Below, piece after piece: positions 34,436 through 44,661 of a DNA stretch of 64,000 nt. The stretch is taken from contig WVZK01000086.1 in NCBI GenBank assembly GCA_011772475.1, positions 4,406-68,405 of the forward strand. The letters are read 5' to 3'. A program made the position numbers and the translations under genes. Each line of letters begins with the position of its first letter. Positions within the stretch are counted from its first letter, which is position 1. The DNA is from Candidatus Aminicenantes bacterium. GTDB taxonomy: Bacteria; Acidobacteriota; Aminicenantia; Aminicenantales; Aminicenantaceae. The notes beneath the pieces are model-generated. The model was not told where the DNA came from, ran no database searches, and worked only from the letters and a program-made list of their open reading frames with translations.

Positions 34436-35749
34436 TTATATGCTCCATCGCACAAGAAACTCTAAGTCGGCACTGAATTTAATCATGAGAATTCCCACAA
34501 CAGTAATAATCAACCAGGGCAACCAGGTGCTCCTTAAGAAGGTCCAGTATGAATCCTTATACTCCGAGACCATAACACTGAGCCTTCCTATTAGAGCTGT
34601 GGGAGGAAGCCCATCTCCTAAAGGCCAAAGCAAGCTCAGCCCTGCAATAGCCACAGTGGCGTGCAAACCTATGGAATCTAAGAACCATATAAGAGGAATT
34701 CCGATAATAGCTGCGCCGCCATAGGTTAAGACTCCTTCTGAGACAGGAATAATCACGGCCAAAAGTATAAACAGTAAGGTAATGGGTGTGCTGATAACAG
34801 CAAACGATAGAAGCCCTCGGACTCCGGTTGCGGTCATTACCTGCTGCAGCATTCCCACTACAACCATTGTTGCTAGCAACGGCAGCAGCCGTTTCATAGT
34901 ATCTCTAGATAGCTCAAGGATTTTAATCTTCTTGGGGCTTACCAGAAGCGCAACTAAAGCAGCTATAACAAACTCCAGGGGCAATCCCAGTATCGGAGTT
35001 GAGAAAGGCAAAATTCGGGAAGCTACAATCAACCCGAAAAAGATGAGGAAAGGCAAAATCACTCTCCACCAGCTCATCCTTTCCGGCACTTCAGGCATCT
35101 CTTTCAAGACTTCCCCTAAATCCATCGTCCTCTCCCTTTTCCATCCAAGGAAAAGGACAGTAAAAGTCCCGAGGATAAGAACGGGAATTCCAAGAGGAAG
35201 CTCAAAGCCAACATAGGGTATGGCTGTGCCTGCAGATAATATCATAGCCCAGATATTAACCGGAGGCGCGGCCGCGCTTAATCCAGCGACTATAAAAAGA
35301 ATAGCAGCGATCCTTCTCTTAGTTATTCCCAGGTAACCGAGCGCCAATGCTACCGGTGCTCCCACAACAAGCAGAGATACACTACCTGCTCCTGTGAGGG
35401 CTCCAGGTATTAGGACAATTATCATCAAAAGAATTAGGGCAATAATACGCAGGTTATAGAAGTATTTTATCGTGGCCCTGACAACGTAATTGACGCCGCC
35501 GGATTCCCTGACTATTGCCATAAATATGGTGGCGGTTGAAAAAACTAAGATTACATCAAGATATGTAAAAGCCCCCTCTACAAGATGGCGGGCTAGCTGA
35601 CCTATCGGTGGCGTGCTTACGAACGCGCCGGCTATTCCTCCGCAAACTGCAGCGGAAAGCATGCTAAGCTCAACTGATAAATTCTTCCACTTTGCCAAAG
35701 AATAAGCGACCACCATGATGGCCAAGATAATTCCGATCCGCAGATACAT
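34436..35749 (-). CDS. polytopic permease, ion-transporter-superfamily-like (DctM/GntP/CitMHS type)
   Basis: 437 aa with at least 10 TM helices. GGAGGG RBS. Subfamily not resolved by eye. Confidence 0.55.
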   Translation of the reverse strand: MYLRIGIILAIMVVAYSLAKWKNLSVELSMLSAAVCGGIAGAFVSTPPIGQLARHLVEGAFTYLDVILVFSTATIFMAIVRESGGVNYVVRATIKYFYNLRIIALILLMIIVLIPGALTGAGSVSLLVVGAPVALALGYLGITKRRIAAILFIVAGLSAAAPPVNIWAMILSAGTAIPYVGFELPLGIPVLILGTFTVLFLGWKRERTMDLGEVLKEMPEVPERMSWWRVILPFLIFFGLIVASRILPFSTPILGLPLEFVIAALVALLVSPKKIKILELSRDTMKRLLPLLATMVVVGMLQQVMTATGVRGLLSFAVISTPITLLFILLAVIIPVSEGVLTYGGAAIIGIPLIWFLDSIGLHATVAIAGLSLLWPLGDGLPPTALIGRLSVMVSEYKDSYWTFLRSTWLPWLIITVVGILMIKFSADLEFLVRWSI

Positions 35750-35852
35750 GCTCTAAACCCTCCGCAATTTTACATTTCACATTTCACCTTAGTCAAGCAA
35801 TCTTGTTAGGCCCGGATGTTTCGCTCTTTTTCTTTGCTTATTATTTTCTTTT

Positions 35853-35880
35853 GTAGGGGTTTGATTTATCAAACCCACAT
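35853..35880. repeat. family-1 REP element
   Basis: gtaggggtttgatttatcaaacccacat. Confidence 0.8.
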
Positions 35881-35985
35881 TTTTGCTTGTAAAGATAACT
35901 TAAAATAATTAAATATGATAAGGTAATACTAAAAATAATGTTAATTCGTATAATAGGTAGGTCAATTTAAGTTTGGATATTAAAG

Positions 35986-36183
35986 ATGGTTAAATTTTTA
36001 CTCTGGCTAATTTTATTGGTGCTCTGCTGGCCACTTGCTCTTCTGGCGCTTCTACTCTATCCTATTGTCTGGCTCCTACTTATACCTTTCAGACTTCTTG
36101 GCATCACAGTGAACGCTGTCCTGGATCTATTTAAAACAATCATAACGCTCCCTGCCAGGGTTTTGAGAGGTGGAAGAGGTTAA
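35986..36183 (+). CDS. possible small membrane protein
   Basis: 65 aa, Leu/Trp-rich with two TM segments. No homolog support. Confidence 0.3.
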   Translation: MVKFLLWLILLVLCWPLALLALLLYPIVWLLLIPFRLLGITVNAVLDLFKTIITLPARVLRGGRG

Positions 36184-36316
36184 TACCGCCAATTTGACGT
36201 TGATGTTTGCTCGTGATAAAAGCGATATACGGAGTCATTCGATAGGATTCTTGCATAAGAATAGTAAAATGTTTTCAAACCTATAGATTCCAAAAAAATA
36301 AAAAAAGGAGGAATTA

Positions 36317-38470
36317 ATGAAAAACCTAAAAATTTATGGATGGCCTAAACACGCCATGCTCGGATTTACCGTCATTTGCCTCGCATTTTTATTTAGTTCA
36401 GGTTTTACAGGATGCACAACTGAAAGGCCTGAACCGCCGGTTGCTGAAAAGATTCCAAAGGAATTAACCTTTCACGGAGACACAAGGTTGGATAATTACT
36501 ACTGGCTCAACGAGAGGGATAATCCCAAGGTCATTGCTTACCTAACTGCAGAGAATGAGTACAAAGATGCTATGATGAAGCATACAGAGCGTTTTCAGAA
36601 AAAGCTCTACGAAGAAATTGTAGGAAGGATAAAAAAGACAGATATGTCTGTTCCCTATAAAGAAAGAAGCTATTACTATTATTCACGCTACGAGGGAGAG
36701 GGAGAATACCCGATTTACTGCAGGAAAAAGGGGAGCATGGAAGCAGAAGAAGAAATATTATTGAACGTCAATGAAATGGCCAAGGGACATGCTTTTTATA
36801 GCGTTGCAGGTTATACAGTAAGCACCGATAACAATCTTATCGCCTTCGGAGTTGATACGGTTAGCAGAAGAAAATATACGATTAACTTTAAAAACCTGAA
36901 AACAGGAGAGATGCTCCCAGACAAGATTCCAGTTACATCAGGAAGAGCTGCTTGGGCGAACGATAATAAAACGGTTTTTTATACTCTCAAAGATGATGAA
37001 ACACTCCGCTCGTACAAAGTCATGAAGCACGTACTCGGAACCGATATATCTACAGATAAAGAAGTCTTCGAGGAAAAAGATGTGACATTCAGTACTTACG
37101 TCTATAAAACTAAATCTGAAAAGTACCTGTTTATCGGTTCAGGCAGCACTCTTTCTGACGAATACCGCTTCCTGGATGCAGACAATCCTGATGGAAAATT
37201 TAAGATAATACATCCGAGAGAGAAAGACCTTTTATACGATGTAGCCCACTACAAAGACAAATTCTACATCCGGACGAATTATAAAGCGAAGAATTTCAGA
37301 CTGATAGCGACACCTGTCAATAGAACTACCAAGGAAAACTGGAAAGAAGTTATACCTCACCGTGGTGATATTTTGCTCCAGGGATTTGAAGTATTTAAGG
37401 ATTTCCTTGTTCTCAATGAGCGGATAAAAGGACTGCCTAACCTGAGGATAATGAGATGGGATAAGAAAGGCGAACACTATCTTGATTTTGGGGAAGAAAC
37501 CTACTCAGCATATATCGCTTATAATCCCGAATTTGATACTGATATATTACGTTATGGATATACATCTATGACCACTCCCAGGTCTGATTTCGATTACAAC
37601 ATGAATACCAAGGATAAAACGCTATTAAAGCAGCAGGAAGTAGTCGGTGATTTCGATTCGAACAATTATCATGCGGAAAGACTTTATGCTACAGCCAGAG
37701 ACGGCACAAAAGTACCTATATCTTTGGTGTACAGAAAAGGACTAGAGAAAAACGGAGACAATCCGCTCCTCCTTTACGGCTATGGTTCCTACGGTGCCAC
37801 CATGAATGCTAGTTTCAGTTCGGTTCGGTTGAGCCTTCTGGATAGAGGTTTTGTTTATGCCATTGCCCACATTCGAGGCGGCCAGGAGATGGGAAGATAC
37901 TGGTATGAGGAAGGAAAGCTCTTTAAGAAGAAAAACACGTTTACAGATTTTATTGATTGCGCAGAGCATCTAATCGCCGAAAAATTCACTAATCCTGACA
38001 AGCTGTTTGCTCAGGGAGGAAGTGCAGGAGGCTTGCTGATGGGTGCGGTGGTTAATATGCGGCCTGACCTATTTAAAGGAGTTATGGCTGCTGTGCCCTG
38101 GGTGGATGTCATAACAACAATGCTTGACCCGGATATTCCGCTGACGACAGGTGAATATGACGAGTGGGGGGATCCAAATAAGAAGGAATACTACGATTAT
38201 ATGCTTTCCTATTCTCCCTACGATAACGTAGAGGCTAAAGATTATCCTGCGATGCTGGTCACAACTGGTTTACATGATTCTCAAGTTCAGTACTTTGAAC
38301 CGGCCAAGTGGGTAGCGAAACTCAGAGAGTTGAAAACAGATGATAATATTTTGTTACTCGATACAGATATGGAAAGTGGACATGGTGGAGCTTCAGGTCG
38401 TTTTAGACGGTATAAGAGAACTGCATTACAATATGCGTTTTTTCTGGACCTGCTGGGAATCAAAAAATAG
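36317..38470 (+). CDS. ptrB: oligopeptidase B (S9A, protease II)
   Basis: AAGGAGGA RBS and lipobox GFTGC. YYWLNERDNPKV, GGSAGGLLMG Ser motif, DSQVQY, and a C-terminal H in GHGG. Confidence 0.9.
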   Translation: MKNLKIYGWPKHAMLGFTVICLAFLFSSGFTGCTTERPEPPVAEKIPKELTFHGDTRLDNYYWLNERDNPKVIAYLTAENEYKDAMMKHTERFQKKLYEEIVGRIKKTDMSVPYKERSYYYYSRYEGEGEYPIYCRKKGSMEAEEEILLNVNEMAKGHAFYSVAGYTVSTDNNLIAFGVDTVSRRKYTINFKNLKTGEMLPDKIPVTSGRAAWANDNKTVFYTLKDDETLRSYKVMKHVLGTDISTDKEVFEEKDVTFSTYVYKTKSEKYLFIGSGSTLSDEYRFLDADNPDGKFKIIHPREKDLLYDVAHYKDKFYIRTNYKAKNFRLIATPVNRTTKENWKEVIPHRGDILLQGFEVFKDFLVLNERIKGLPNLRIMRWDKKGEHYLDFGEETYSAYIAYNPEFDTDILRYGYTSMTTPRSDFDYNMNTKDKTLLKQQEVVGDFDSNNYHAERLYATARDGTKVPISLVYRKGLEKNGDNPLLLYGYGSYGATMNASFSSVRLSLLDRGFVYAIAHIRGGQEMGRYWYEEGKLFKKKNTFTDFIDCAEHLIAEKFTNPDKLFAQGGSAGGLLMGAVVNMRPDLFKGVMAAVPWVDVITTMLDPDIPLTTGEYDEWGDPNKKEYYDYMLSYSPYDNVEAKDYPAMLVTTGLHDSQVQYFEPAKWVAKLRELKTDDNILLLDTDMESGHGGASGRFRRYKRTALQYAFFLDLLGIKK

Positions 38471-38473
38471 ATT

Positions 38474-38567
38474 GTAGGGGTTTGATTCCTCAAACCCACC
38501 TTTTTAATTCTAAAAATACGCTGGTTAAATTTACCAATTTGTAGGGGTTTGATTCCTCAAACCCACA
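38474..38567. repeat. two family-1 REP elements
   Basis: Copies at 38474-38500 and 38541-38567 (gtaggggtttgattcctcaaacccac), between convergent genes. Confidence 0.85.
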
Positions 38568-38574
38568 TTTTGTT

Positions 38575-40020
38575 TTAAGATTTTTTCCAAAAGGAGGGGG
38601 CAAAGAGGATAAGTACGGTATAGACCTCTAAGCGTCCGGCCAGCATAAAAAAGGCAAGCACCCATTTTCCAACGAGAGGAACGTGAGCATAATGATCGGT
38701 CGGACCTACGCTCCCCAGACCAGGGCCAATGTTGTTCAGAGTGGCTGCAACAGCCGCAATAGCAGATACGATGTCCAATCCTAAAATGGTCATCACAATT
38801 ACTCCGCCTATAAACAATGCGATAAGCAGAGCTAAGAAACCAAGAATGTTTCTGACAATATCTGGAGGGATAACCACATTTCCCACCCGCACCGGGATAA
38901 CCGCTTTGGGATGCATCAAGCGCCTTATTTCGGCAATAACAAACTTAATCAGGATATAGAGCCGGATGATTTTCATTCCGCCGCCAGTGCTCCCTGCACA
39001 TCCTCCACAAAACATTAAAATTAAAAGGATAAACTGCGAATTAAACGCCCACTGCTCAAAATCAGCTGTCGTGAAGCCTGTAGTAGTACAAATTGAGGTT
39101 ACTTGAAACAATGTTTTACGAAATGCTGTTTCTACATTTGAATACTGCTGCGAAAAAGTGTGGAATCCGATAAGAAGCGTGGAGCTGCTGATTAAAAAGA
39201 CAAGAAGCCGCCATTCATTGTTTTTGATATAGCTTTTAAATTCTTTTTTTAGGAATCGATAATGCAGGGAAAAATTTGTCCCCGCAGCAAGCATAAAAAA
39301 GATAATTACATAATCAACATATGCGCTGTTGTAATATCCTATGCTGGCGTTTTTTGTTGAAAAACCGCCTGTAGCCATCGTTCCAAAAGTATGACAAAGA
39401 GCTTCAAAAAGATTCATCCCTCCCAGCATTAATAAAAGCGTTTCAGCTGCGGAGATTAAAACATACACGCCCCACAGTATTTTTGCGGTTTGCGTAACCC
39501 GCGGGGTCAGTTTGTCTGGAGTTGGCCCGGGAACCTCAGCCTTAAAAAGCTGCATGCCTCCCACGCCCAGGAAGGGAAGGATGGCGATCGAGAGAACGAT
39601 GATACCCATTCCTCCCAGCCAATGGGTGAGGCTTCGCCAAAAAAGGATTCCCTGGGGCAGACCTTCTATCTCAACCAAGATGGTTGCTCCGGTGGTGGTG
39701 AAGCCGGACATGGTTTCAAAAAAAGCATTAGTTAATGATGGGATATATCCGGATAGAAGGAAGGGCAGACAACCGAACAAAGCAAAAGAAATCCAACCCA
39801 GGGTAACAATCGCAAAACCCTCACGAGCGCGAACATCTCTATCTAAGCGGGTTAGTTTGAACGAGATAAAACCTACCAAAAAAGTGATTAGAGCTGAAAT
39901 AATAAAGTAAATGTGAACCCCATCACCGTAGTATAGCGAAAAGGGGATAGGCAGAAGCATCACCGCGGAGAGAAAGATCAGAAGCAATCCAAGAACATGG
40001 ATAACTAGTCTAATATGCAT
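38575..40020 (-). CDS. trkH: TrkH-type potassium uptake permease
   Basis: 481 aa, polytopic, with repeated selectivity-loop-like TTTGF/TTGAT/ATGGFS motifs. Immediately downstream of trkA. Confidence 0.9.
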   Translation of the reverse strand: MHIRLVIHVLGLLLIFLSAVMLLPIPFSLYYGDGVHIYFIISALITFLVGFISFKLTRLDRDVRAREGFAIVTLGWISFALFGCLPFLLSGYIPSLTNAFFETMSGFTTTGATILVEIEGLPQGILFWRSLTHWLGGMGIIVLSIAILPFLGVGGMQLFKAEVPGPTPDKLTPRVTQTAKILWGVYVLISAAETLLLMLGGMNLFEALCHTFGTMATGGFSTKNASIGYYNSAYVDYVIIFFMLAAGTNFSLHYRFLKKEFKSYIKNNEWRLLVFLISSSTLLIGFHTFSQQYSNVETAFRKTLFQVTSICTTTGFTTADFEQWAFNSQFILLILMFCGGCAGSTGGGMKIIRLYILIKFVIAEIRRLMHPKAVIPVRVGNVVIPPDIVRNILGFLALLIALFIGGVIVMTILGLDIVSAIAAVAATLNNIGPGLGSVGPTDHYAHVPLVGKWVLAFFMLAGRLEVYTVLILFAPSFWKKS

Positions 40021-40093
40021 ATGAAAATTGCCAGAATATACTTGATTTTTTCAACCAATAAAGAATGGAAAATATCTCCATTAACGCTTCAGA

Positions 40094-41434
40094 TTATTTA
40101 AACAATTTCTCTACATCAGCAATTGCTTTAGGGAGGGCAAAAACCACGACACGATCCCCACTTTCTATCCGCGTCTCCCCAGTTGGAATAATCACTTTGT
40201 TATTGCGAGTCACAGAACCAAAGATTGCTGAGGGACGAACATGTAGATTCTTTAATGGATGTTTTGTAATCCTAGAACCTTTTTGGGGAATTATTTCAAC
40301 AATCTCTGCATCTAAGCCAGGAATTGAGTCCACGTTTTCAAGCGTGCTTTTCCGGATATAACGCAGGATGGAGTTAACAGTAATCAATTTTTTGCTCACG
40401 ACCGCATCCATGCCGATTGTAGGAGTAATAGGAAGATATTCAGTTTTATTAACCAAAGCAATAGTTCGAGGCACCTTTAGATGCCTGGCTATAAGAGTGC
40501 ATATAATGTTGGTCTCATCATCACCTGTTGCTGCAATAAAAGCATCCATATCGAGGATACCCTCTGTTGCCAAAAGGTCTACATCGGTACCATCTCCGTG
40601 AATAACCAGCGTTTTTTTGAGAATATTAGCAATTTCTTCTGACTTATCCGAGCGGCTTTCGATAACTTTGACATTAATCGTATCCTCTAAGCTTTCGGCC
40701 ACAAACTGCCCGACTAAACCACCGCCGAGAATCATTATATTTTGAATTGAAACATCTTCTTTACCAGTAATGCGCACGATCGTCGGGATCATTTGCTTTT
40801 CACAAATGATGAATATTTGATCACCAGTAACCAGGATTTCTTGCCCACCAGGAATTAATGTACGTTCCTTCCTTTTAATGGCGACGATGCGGGCAGCAAT
40901 GTTGCCATGTTCTTCCCAGAGTTCTCTTAAAGTCTTTCCCAGTACAGGAGAGTTTTTTTCAAGGCGAATACCCAACAGTTGAATCTTACCACCCTCAAAC
41001 TCCACCACACCAGTAGCGCTGCTTTGATGAATCAGGCGGGCTATGGCGTTGGCTGTTTCTCTTTCAGGATGAACGAGAAGGTCAACACCCATCTCGAAGT
41101 CTGACAGTATGAAATCGGGCCGGGTGTATTCAGGATTTCGGACCCGAGCGATTTTATGGGGGACATTAAGTTTTTGAGCAAACCGGCAACTAAGGAGATT
41201 GACGTCGTCTGAATCAGTGAGGCAAGCGAAAACATCTGCTTGGTCTACGTTAGCCTTTTTTAGATCTTCCACGCTCGAACTTGAACCAACTGTAACCAGG
41301 GCATCAAGGTGTTCTTCTGCATATCGTGCTTTTTCTGGATCTATTTCCAGTACAGTAATGTTATGCTTCTCTTCTGAAAGCCGCTTGGCCAAATGAAAAC
41401 CAACTTCACCCGCGCCTACTATCAATATGTTCAT
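40094..41434 (-). CDS. trkA: TrkA potassium uptake protein (tandem RCK/NAD-binding domains)
   Basis: MNILIVGAGEVG and IMILGGGLVG Rossmann motifs, each followed by an RCK_C-like segment. Confidence 0.9.
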   Translation of the reverse strand: MNILIVGAGEVGFHLAKRLSEEKHNITVLEIDPEKARYAEEHLDALVTVGSSSSVEDLKKANVDQADVFACLTDSDDVNLLSCRFAQKLNVPHKIARVRNPEYTRPDFILSDFEMGVDLLVHPERETANAIARLIHQSSATGVVEFEGGKIQLLGIRLEKNSPVLGKTLRELWEEHGNIAARIVAIKRKERTLIPGGQEILVTGDQIFIICEKQMIPTIVRITGKEDVSIQNIMILGGGLVGQFVAESLEDTINVKVIESRSDKSEEIANILKKTLVIHGDGTDVDLLATEGILDMDAFIAATGDDETNIICTLIARHLKVPRTIALVNKTEYLPITPTIGMDAVVSKKLITVNSILRYIRKSTLENVDSIPGLDAEIVEIIPQKGSRITKHPLKNLHVRPSAIFGSVTRNNKVIIPTGETRIESGDRVVVFALPKAIADVEKLFK

Positions 41435-41694
41435 AATCTTTTTTTGTTCTCCTATATCTATCTGGATTGCTTGAATTCCCTCCTATTTCTTCCTTATTTA
41501 GCTTCTAACATAGGAGAAAATTAAAGTCAAATATGCGCCCCTGACAATGTATATAGGCATTTTAAATATTTCCTGTTCTTAGCAGCGTGAAAACTTCTGG
41601 TTTTGCCGTGACTTGATTTCCTTCCGTAGAGCTTTTAATATCTATTCTTGAAACATCCGGTTTGGTTTTTAACCTGAGAAATAAAGGAAATAAT

Positions 41695-42375
41695 ATGAAG
41701 TATGAAGAAATCATAAATAAGCTGAATTCCCTAGCCTGCCCAGAGATAGTCAACGATATGGCGAGGTTCGGAATTAGCCCTAAGAATACCCTAGGAGTAT
41801 CAATCACAAATCTGAAGAAAATGGCCAAGGAAACAGGGATAGACCATGATCTTGCCCTAAGGTTATGGGATTCAAAGATACATGAAGCTCGCATACTGGC
41901 TAGCCTGATTGATGATCCTGAGATAGTTACCGAAGAGCAAATGGAAAAGTGGGCAAAAGATATCGACTCCTGGGACGTTTGTGACCTATGTTGTGGTAAT
42001 CTTTTTGATAAGACAAGGTATGCTTATAAAAAGGCAGTTGAATGGAGCTTTAGGGAGGAAGAATTCGTTAAGAGAGCAGGATTTGTTCTGATGGCAATCC
42101 TTGCAGTACATGATAAAAAAGCAGAAGACAAAAAGTTCCAGAAGTTCTTTCCTCTCATTATTAGAGAAGCCACGGATAACAGGAACTATGTAAAAAAAGG
42201 AGTGAATTGGGCGTTGCGACAAATCGGAAAGCGAAACCTTAACCTGAACAAGGAGGCGATTAAAACGGCAGATAAGATAGAAACAGTAGAATCCAAAGCC
42301 GCCAAATGGATCGCCTCTGATGCGATAAGGGAATTAAGAAGCGACCCAGTACAAAAAAGGCTGAGGAAAGGATAA
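41695..42375 (+). CDS. DNA alkylation repair protein (AlkD-like HEAT-repeat glycosylase family)
   Basis: Start set to ATG 41695 (AAAGGA RBS). LWDSKIHEARILA, WDVCD and NWALRQIGKRN motifs. Confidence 0.8.
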   Translation: MKYEEIINKLNSLACPEIVNDMARFGISPKNTLGVSITNLKKMAKETGIDHDLALRLWDSKIHEARILASLIDDPEIVTEEQMEKWAKDIDSWDVCDLCCGNLFDKTRYAYKKAVEWSFREEEFVKRAGFVLMAILAVHDKKAEDKKFQKFFPLIIREATDNRNYVKKGVNWALRQIGKRNLNLNKEAIKTADKIETVESKAAKWIASDAIRELRSDPVQKRLRKG

Positions 42376-42378
42376 AAC

Positions 42379-44058
42379 CTACTTTTTATCAAATCTGAGG
42401 TTTTTGACCCGTCCAGCGTCCAGTATAAAACCGGTTGGTTCTTCCTCCTCGTTACGAATAAAATTAATCCTGTAACTCCTTACATTAAACTTATCCTTTA
42501 ATGTGGGCAGCAAGGGATTCTCAGGAGCATTCCTATGAACAAAATGCAGCTTTCCTTCCTTCAGAGCTAACCTGAATGTTACCTGAAGTTCTTCACTATA
42601 ATAATCTCCTGTATATTCTTCTAGCTGCTCAGGAGTTGCTTTTACTTGCTTGAAAGATTCGTATGTTTCAGATTTCTTCCCATCTCGATAAATATGCATT
42701 AATATAGGTTTTCCCTTGTCCTGTTTTTCAAACTTAAGCATCATCTCGACCGGTACTTTCAGCACTTTAAATTCTGTTTCGCTTACGGCTGCAAGGTTAT
42801 ACCTTTGGCCAGACACTTCAAGGATTAATGCGTTGCCTCTTAAACCCAGTCTTCTAAATGCCCCGGTTTTTGGATCCATGTAAGTGCCAGCTTTTTCTTG
42901 AAGTTTTTTCTTCGGGAGCTTAATAAATCTAGTCTCTTCTACTGGCTTCGCTACAGGTTTTTCCTTTTCTACTGTGAATTGATCCGCAAGATAAATGTCA
43001 GTCACTTGCTGGCCTAGCCTTGATGGGTTAAACGAGCTCAGGTTGGAGAGACAGATTACAGAGAAATTTTGTTCTGGAAAGCGAACAAACACTGATCTGT
43101 AGCCTCCCAAGGCACCTCCGTGGCCAACAGTTTTTAATCCTTTATATTTCCCTATACCGAGAGCAAAAGCATAATCAAGCTCTTCGCCGCTGTTCAATTT
43201 TCCTTTGGTAAGCATGAGGTTGATCAAGTCTTTCTCCCCAACCTTATAGTGGTAGAAATTTTGATCCCAAAGAAAAAGGTCTTCGACAGAAGTGAATAAG
43301 CCGCCGGATCCGACACAGTCAAAAGTGGAAATAAAATTCCTAAATTTTCCTTTTCCTGAAGGAAAATAACCAGAAGCTCTGTTCTTTATGAGCATCATGT
43401 AATCATCATGGAAATGAGAGTTTTTCATTCCCAGGGGCTTGAAGATGTTTTCCTCTGCGAATTCTCTGAGGCTTTTGCCACTGGCTCTCTCCGCGATCAC
43501 CGCAAGAAGGAAGTAGCCTGAATTGCTGTAAAGATATTCCTCTCCAGGATTGAAATTTAATTGTTTCTGACGTGCGATAAGTTCGACCACATCCTCTTTG
43601 TGATAAGTGCCATAATCAATACCCGCAATCCCCAGCAGGGTGAGATAATCACGGAGCCCGCTCGTATGGTGGATCAAATGGCGAATAGTGATAGGAGTTC
43701 CATAATCCGGCAATTCTGGCACTAACTTACGGATGTTATCGTCAAGGGAAAGTTTTTCCTCCTTGGCCAGGAGCACGATACACATGGATACGAATTGTTT
43801 TGAAACAGAACCTATATAAAAAACTGATTGAGGAGTGATGGGGATGTTGAGTTCCAGATTGGCCATGCCATACCCTTTTTTATAGATAATCTCGCCATCT
43901 TTAATGACGGCCAGCGCGCAGCCCGGCGAATCTTTCTTGTCCCATTGAGAAAAAAGCTTATCCACTGCGTCTGTTTTTTTATCAGCGGTAGCCGACGAAA
44001 CAAAAACCAGGAAGAGAATAAGCGTGAGTATTGTCTTTAGTCTATATGATCTTTTCAT
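42379..44058 (-). CDS. beta-lactamase-fold serine hydrolase (class C / D-aminopeptidase-like) with C-terminal domain
   Basis: Signal peptide, SxxK motif GSVSKQF, YSNSGY. Start set to ATG 44058 after AAGGAGG. Confidence 0.8.
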   Translation of the reverse strand: MKRSYRLKTILTLILFLVFVSSATADKKTDAVDKLFSQWDKKDSPGCALAVIKDGEIIYKKGYGMANLELNIPITPQSVFYIGSVSKQFVSMCIVLLAKEEKLSLDDNIRKLVPELPDYGTPITIRHLIHHTSGLRDYLTLLGIAGIDYGTYHKEDVVELIARQKQLNFNPGEEYLYSNSGYFLLAVIAERASGKSLREFAEENIFKPLGMKNSHFHDDYMMLIKNRASGYFPSGKGKFRNFISTFDCVGSGGLFTSVEDLFLWDQNFYHYKVGEKDLINLMLTKGKLNSGEELDYAFALGIGKYKGLKTVGHGGALGGYRSVFVRFPEQNFSVICLSNLSSFNPSRLGQQVTDIYLADQFTVEKEKPVAKPVEETRFIKLPKKKLQEKAGTYMDPKTGAFRRLGLRGNALILEVSGQRYNLAAVSETEFKVLKVPVEMMLKFEKQDKGKPILMHIYRDGKKSETYESFKQVKATPEQLEEYTGDYYSEELQVTFRLALKEGKLHFVHRNAPENPLLPTLKDKFNVRSYRINFIRNEEEEPTGFILDAGRVKNLRFDKK

Positions 44059-44167
44059 GGTTAGATGTGCCTCCTTCATTCACAACTGAGGTTAATGATT
44101 ATATGAATTTTTCCGGCTCATATCTACATTATTCTTAGGTTTGAAGTGCTGAAGACAATTTTAACTT

Positions 44168-44196
44168 TTGACATCAAATTTTTCCTGTGCTATTAG
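44168..44196 (+). promoter_or_regulatory. sigma70-type promoter TTGACA-N17-TATTAG
   Basis: The 28 nt at 44166-44193 are identical to 3140-3167. Confidence 0.45.
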
Positions 44197-44326
44197 GTAT
44201 CTAATAAAAACCAAAACAAGGAGCGAGATATAGGAGACAATTTGACCTGCCAGGTCGAATGTAAAAAAACTCATGGAATTTCCAGATAGAATCGCTCAAA
44301 AGTAAATTATAGAGCGAGCTTGTGCT

Positions 44327-44626
44327 ATGACTAAAGTTGCCCGTGTGAACGCAGAAAAAAAAATAAAAGATTGTCGTCAACTCGTTTCTTCAAAGAAAGT
44401 GATTAAATGTCTTGAAGATTTATTTTTAAACACAAATAACGGCTTGGTTGCCTATGAGATTGGACATGAATATGAAAAAACAGGAAAAACCGAGGAGGCT
44501 ATTGAATACTATGAGCGGGCTGAGAATCTGTTCAACCAGCCCATATATAAGAATATGGCGAGAGCTGCTATAAATAATTTAGCTATAGAATCTCTCCTTG
44601 CTGCGAAGAAAAAAAAGAGAAATTAA
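44327..44626 (+). CDS. hypothetical small helical (TPR-like) protein
   Basis: 99-aa ORF with no clear SD. GKTEEAIEYYERAENLF resembles a TPR. Confidence 0.35.
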   Translation: MTKVARVNAEKKIKDCRQLVSSKKVIKCLEDLFLNTNNGLVAYEIGHEYEKTGKTEEAIEYYERAENLFNQPIYKNMARAAINNLAIESLLAAKKKKRN

Positions 44627-44661
44627 GCTTTCATTTCTGGAGATAAGGCCCATCAAACCTT

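Noticed and set aside
41435-41600. Looked for a c-di-AMP (ydaO/kimA-type) riboswitch upstream of trkA-trkH, since K+ transporters are often controlled that way.
   Set aside because: No pseudo-twofold ACGGGGA/CCCG-type conserved cores or long structured leader are visible by eye. Only promoter-like hexamers are present. An Infernal scan is needed to be certain.
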